Source of the DNA: a virus
Virus record (IMG/VR): IMGVR_UViG_3300028591_000970
Length of the DNA stretch: 18,024 nt
Reading direction: 5' to 3' (one strand)
Made by a program: the position numbers and the translations under genes. Of the stretch, positions 17,350 to 18,024 are shown piece after piece; positions within the stretch are counted from its first letter, which is position 1; each line of letters starts with the position of its first letter. Under the pieces are notes generated by a model. It was given only the letters and a program-made list of their open reading frames with translations, was not told where the DNA came from and ran no database searches.

Positions 17350-17895
17350 ATGGCTGTTTATTTTACCGCAGACCCACATATCGGACACGATAAGGATTTT
17401 CTCTGGCGTCCGCGCGGTTTTTCTTCAGTTGAAGAACATGATACAGAAATTCTTAAACGATGGAATAGTGTTGTAACTCCAGAAGATACTGTTTATATTC
17501 TTGGCGACCTTTGTATGAGCGGAAACGAAAAAGAATGGAATCGTGTCTATAAAGTATTAAATGGTGAAAAATTTATTATTTGGGGGAACCATGATACAAA
17601 TAATAAACTTAATAAATATCAAACAGAATACGGTATGACATATCTTGGTTTTGCATCAATTTATAAATATAGTAAAAGGAAAATGTTTTATCTTTCTCAT
17701 TATCCTACTCTTGTAGGGAATTTTGAAGAAGAACGTTTCTTTTGGAATCTATCTGGACATACTCATAGTTCTAATAAATTTGAATTTGGACAATATAGTA
17801 TTTATAATGTAGCAATGGATGCTCATAATTGTTATCCCGTATCTATAGAGCAAATAATTAAAGATATTAATAAATATAAGGAGAAGAAAGAATGA
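17350..17895 (+). CDS. Calcineurin-like metallophosphoesterase, 181 aa. Candidate RNA 2',3'-cyclic phosphodiesterase / 3'-phosphatase healing enzyme.
   Basis: Canonical MPP motifs: DPHIGHD (17371..17391), GDLCMSG, GNHD, GHTH. The start is 1 nt after the kinase stop. Confidence 0.65.
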   Translation: MAVYFTADPHIGHDKDFLWRPRGFSSVEEHDTEILKRWNSVVTPEDTVYILGDLCMSGNEKEWNRVYKVLNGEKFIIWGNHDTNNKLNKYQTEYGMTYLGFASIYKYSKRKMFYLSHYPTLVGNFEEERFFWNLSGHTHSSNKFEFGQYSIYNVAMDAHNCYPVSIEQIIKDINKYKEKKE

Positions 17896-18020
17896 TTGTA
17901 AATCCTGTGCTTGTAGGAATTGTAGGAACTCTTTTTGTAGAAATGACTATTATCATTATCAGAGACTACGTTATAAAAAAGAAAGGAAATAAAGATGCAA
18001 CTAAGAATAAAACTTTCTAA
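17892..18020 (+). CDS. Possible small membrane protein (42 aa), hypothetical
   Basis: Its ATG overlaps the TGA of the upstream gene (ATGA). Translation MIVNPVLVGIVGTLFVEMTIIIIRDYVIKKKGNKDATKNKTF: one hydrophobic helix followed by a basic tail. TAA at 18018..18020. Confidence 0.35.
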   Translation: MIVNPVLVGIVGTLFVEMTIIIIRDYVIKKKGNKDATKNKTF

Positions 18021-18024
18021 TTCT

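Noticed and set aside
1-18024. CRISPR arrays, IS elements or transposases, integrase or att sites, rRNA and tRNA genes
   Set aside because: No direct-repeat/spacer periodicity. No recognisable transposase or tyrosine/serine recombinase motifs in any frame, including TAG-read-through frames. No tRNA-like GC islands.

Overview
This AT-rich window is a bacteriophage or prophage fragment with two divergently transcribed modules, separated by a promoter region at about 11656..11818. The minus strand (1..11655) carries seven tail or structural genes and ends in a large tail-fibre gene that runs off the window. Five contiguous genes (2198..11655) hold about 62 in-frame TAG codons in roughly 3000 codons. 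Each keeps the same reading frame through every TAG and ends only at TAA or TGA. That is the signature of amber (TAG) stop-codon reassignment, as in translation table 15-like recoding of phage late genes. It also explains why the standard-code ORF track shows only short fragments across this region. The tail-fibre gene (1..2177) and a 98-aa gene (3107..3403) in the same module contain no in-frame TAG and are visibly more GC-rich. The plus strand (11819..18020) is a TAG-free, standard-code operon behind a consensus sigma70 promoter. It encodes a Lys/Glu-rich 186-aa protein, an 832-aa protein with the repeat, shoulder and coiled-coil architecture of a eukaryotic-type major vault protein (MVP), an intrinsic terminator, and an RNA-repair cassette. 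The cassette is an Rnl-type ATP-dependent RNA ligase, a P-loop polynucleotide kinase and a calcineurin-like phosphoesterase. I found no tRNA, CRISPR array, integrase or IS element. All protein-family calls rest on motifs I recognised by eye and need a database search to confirm.
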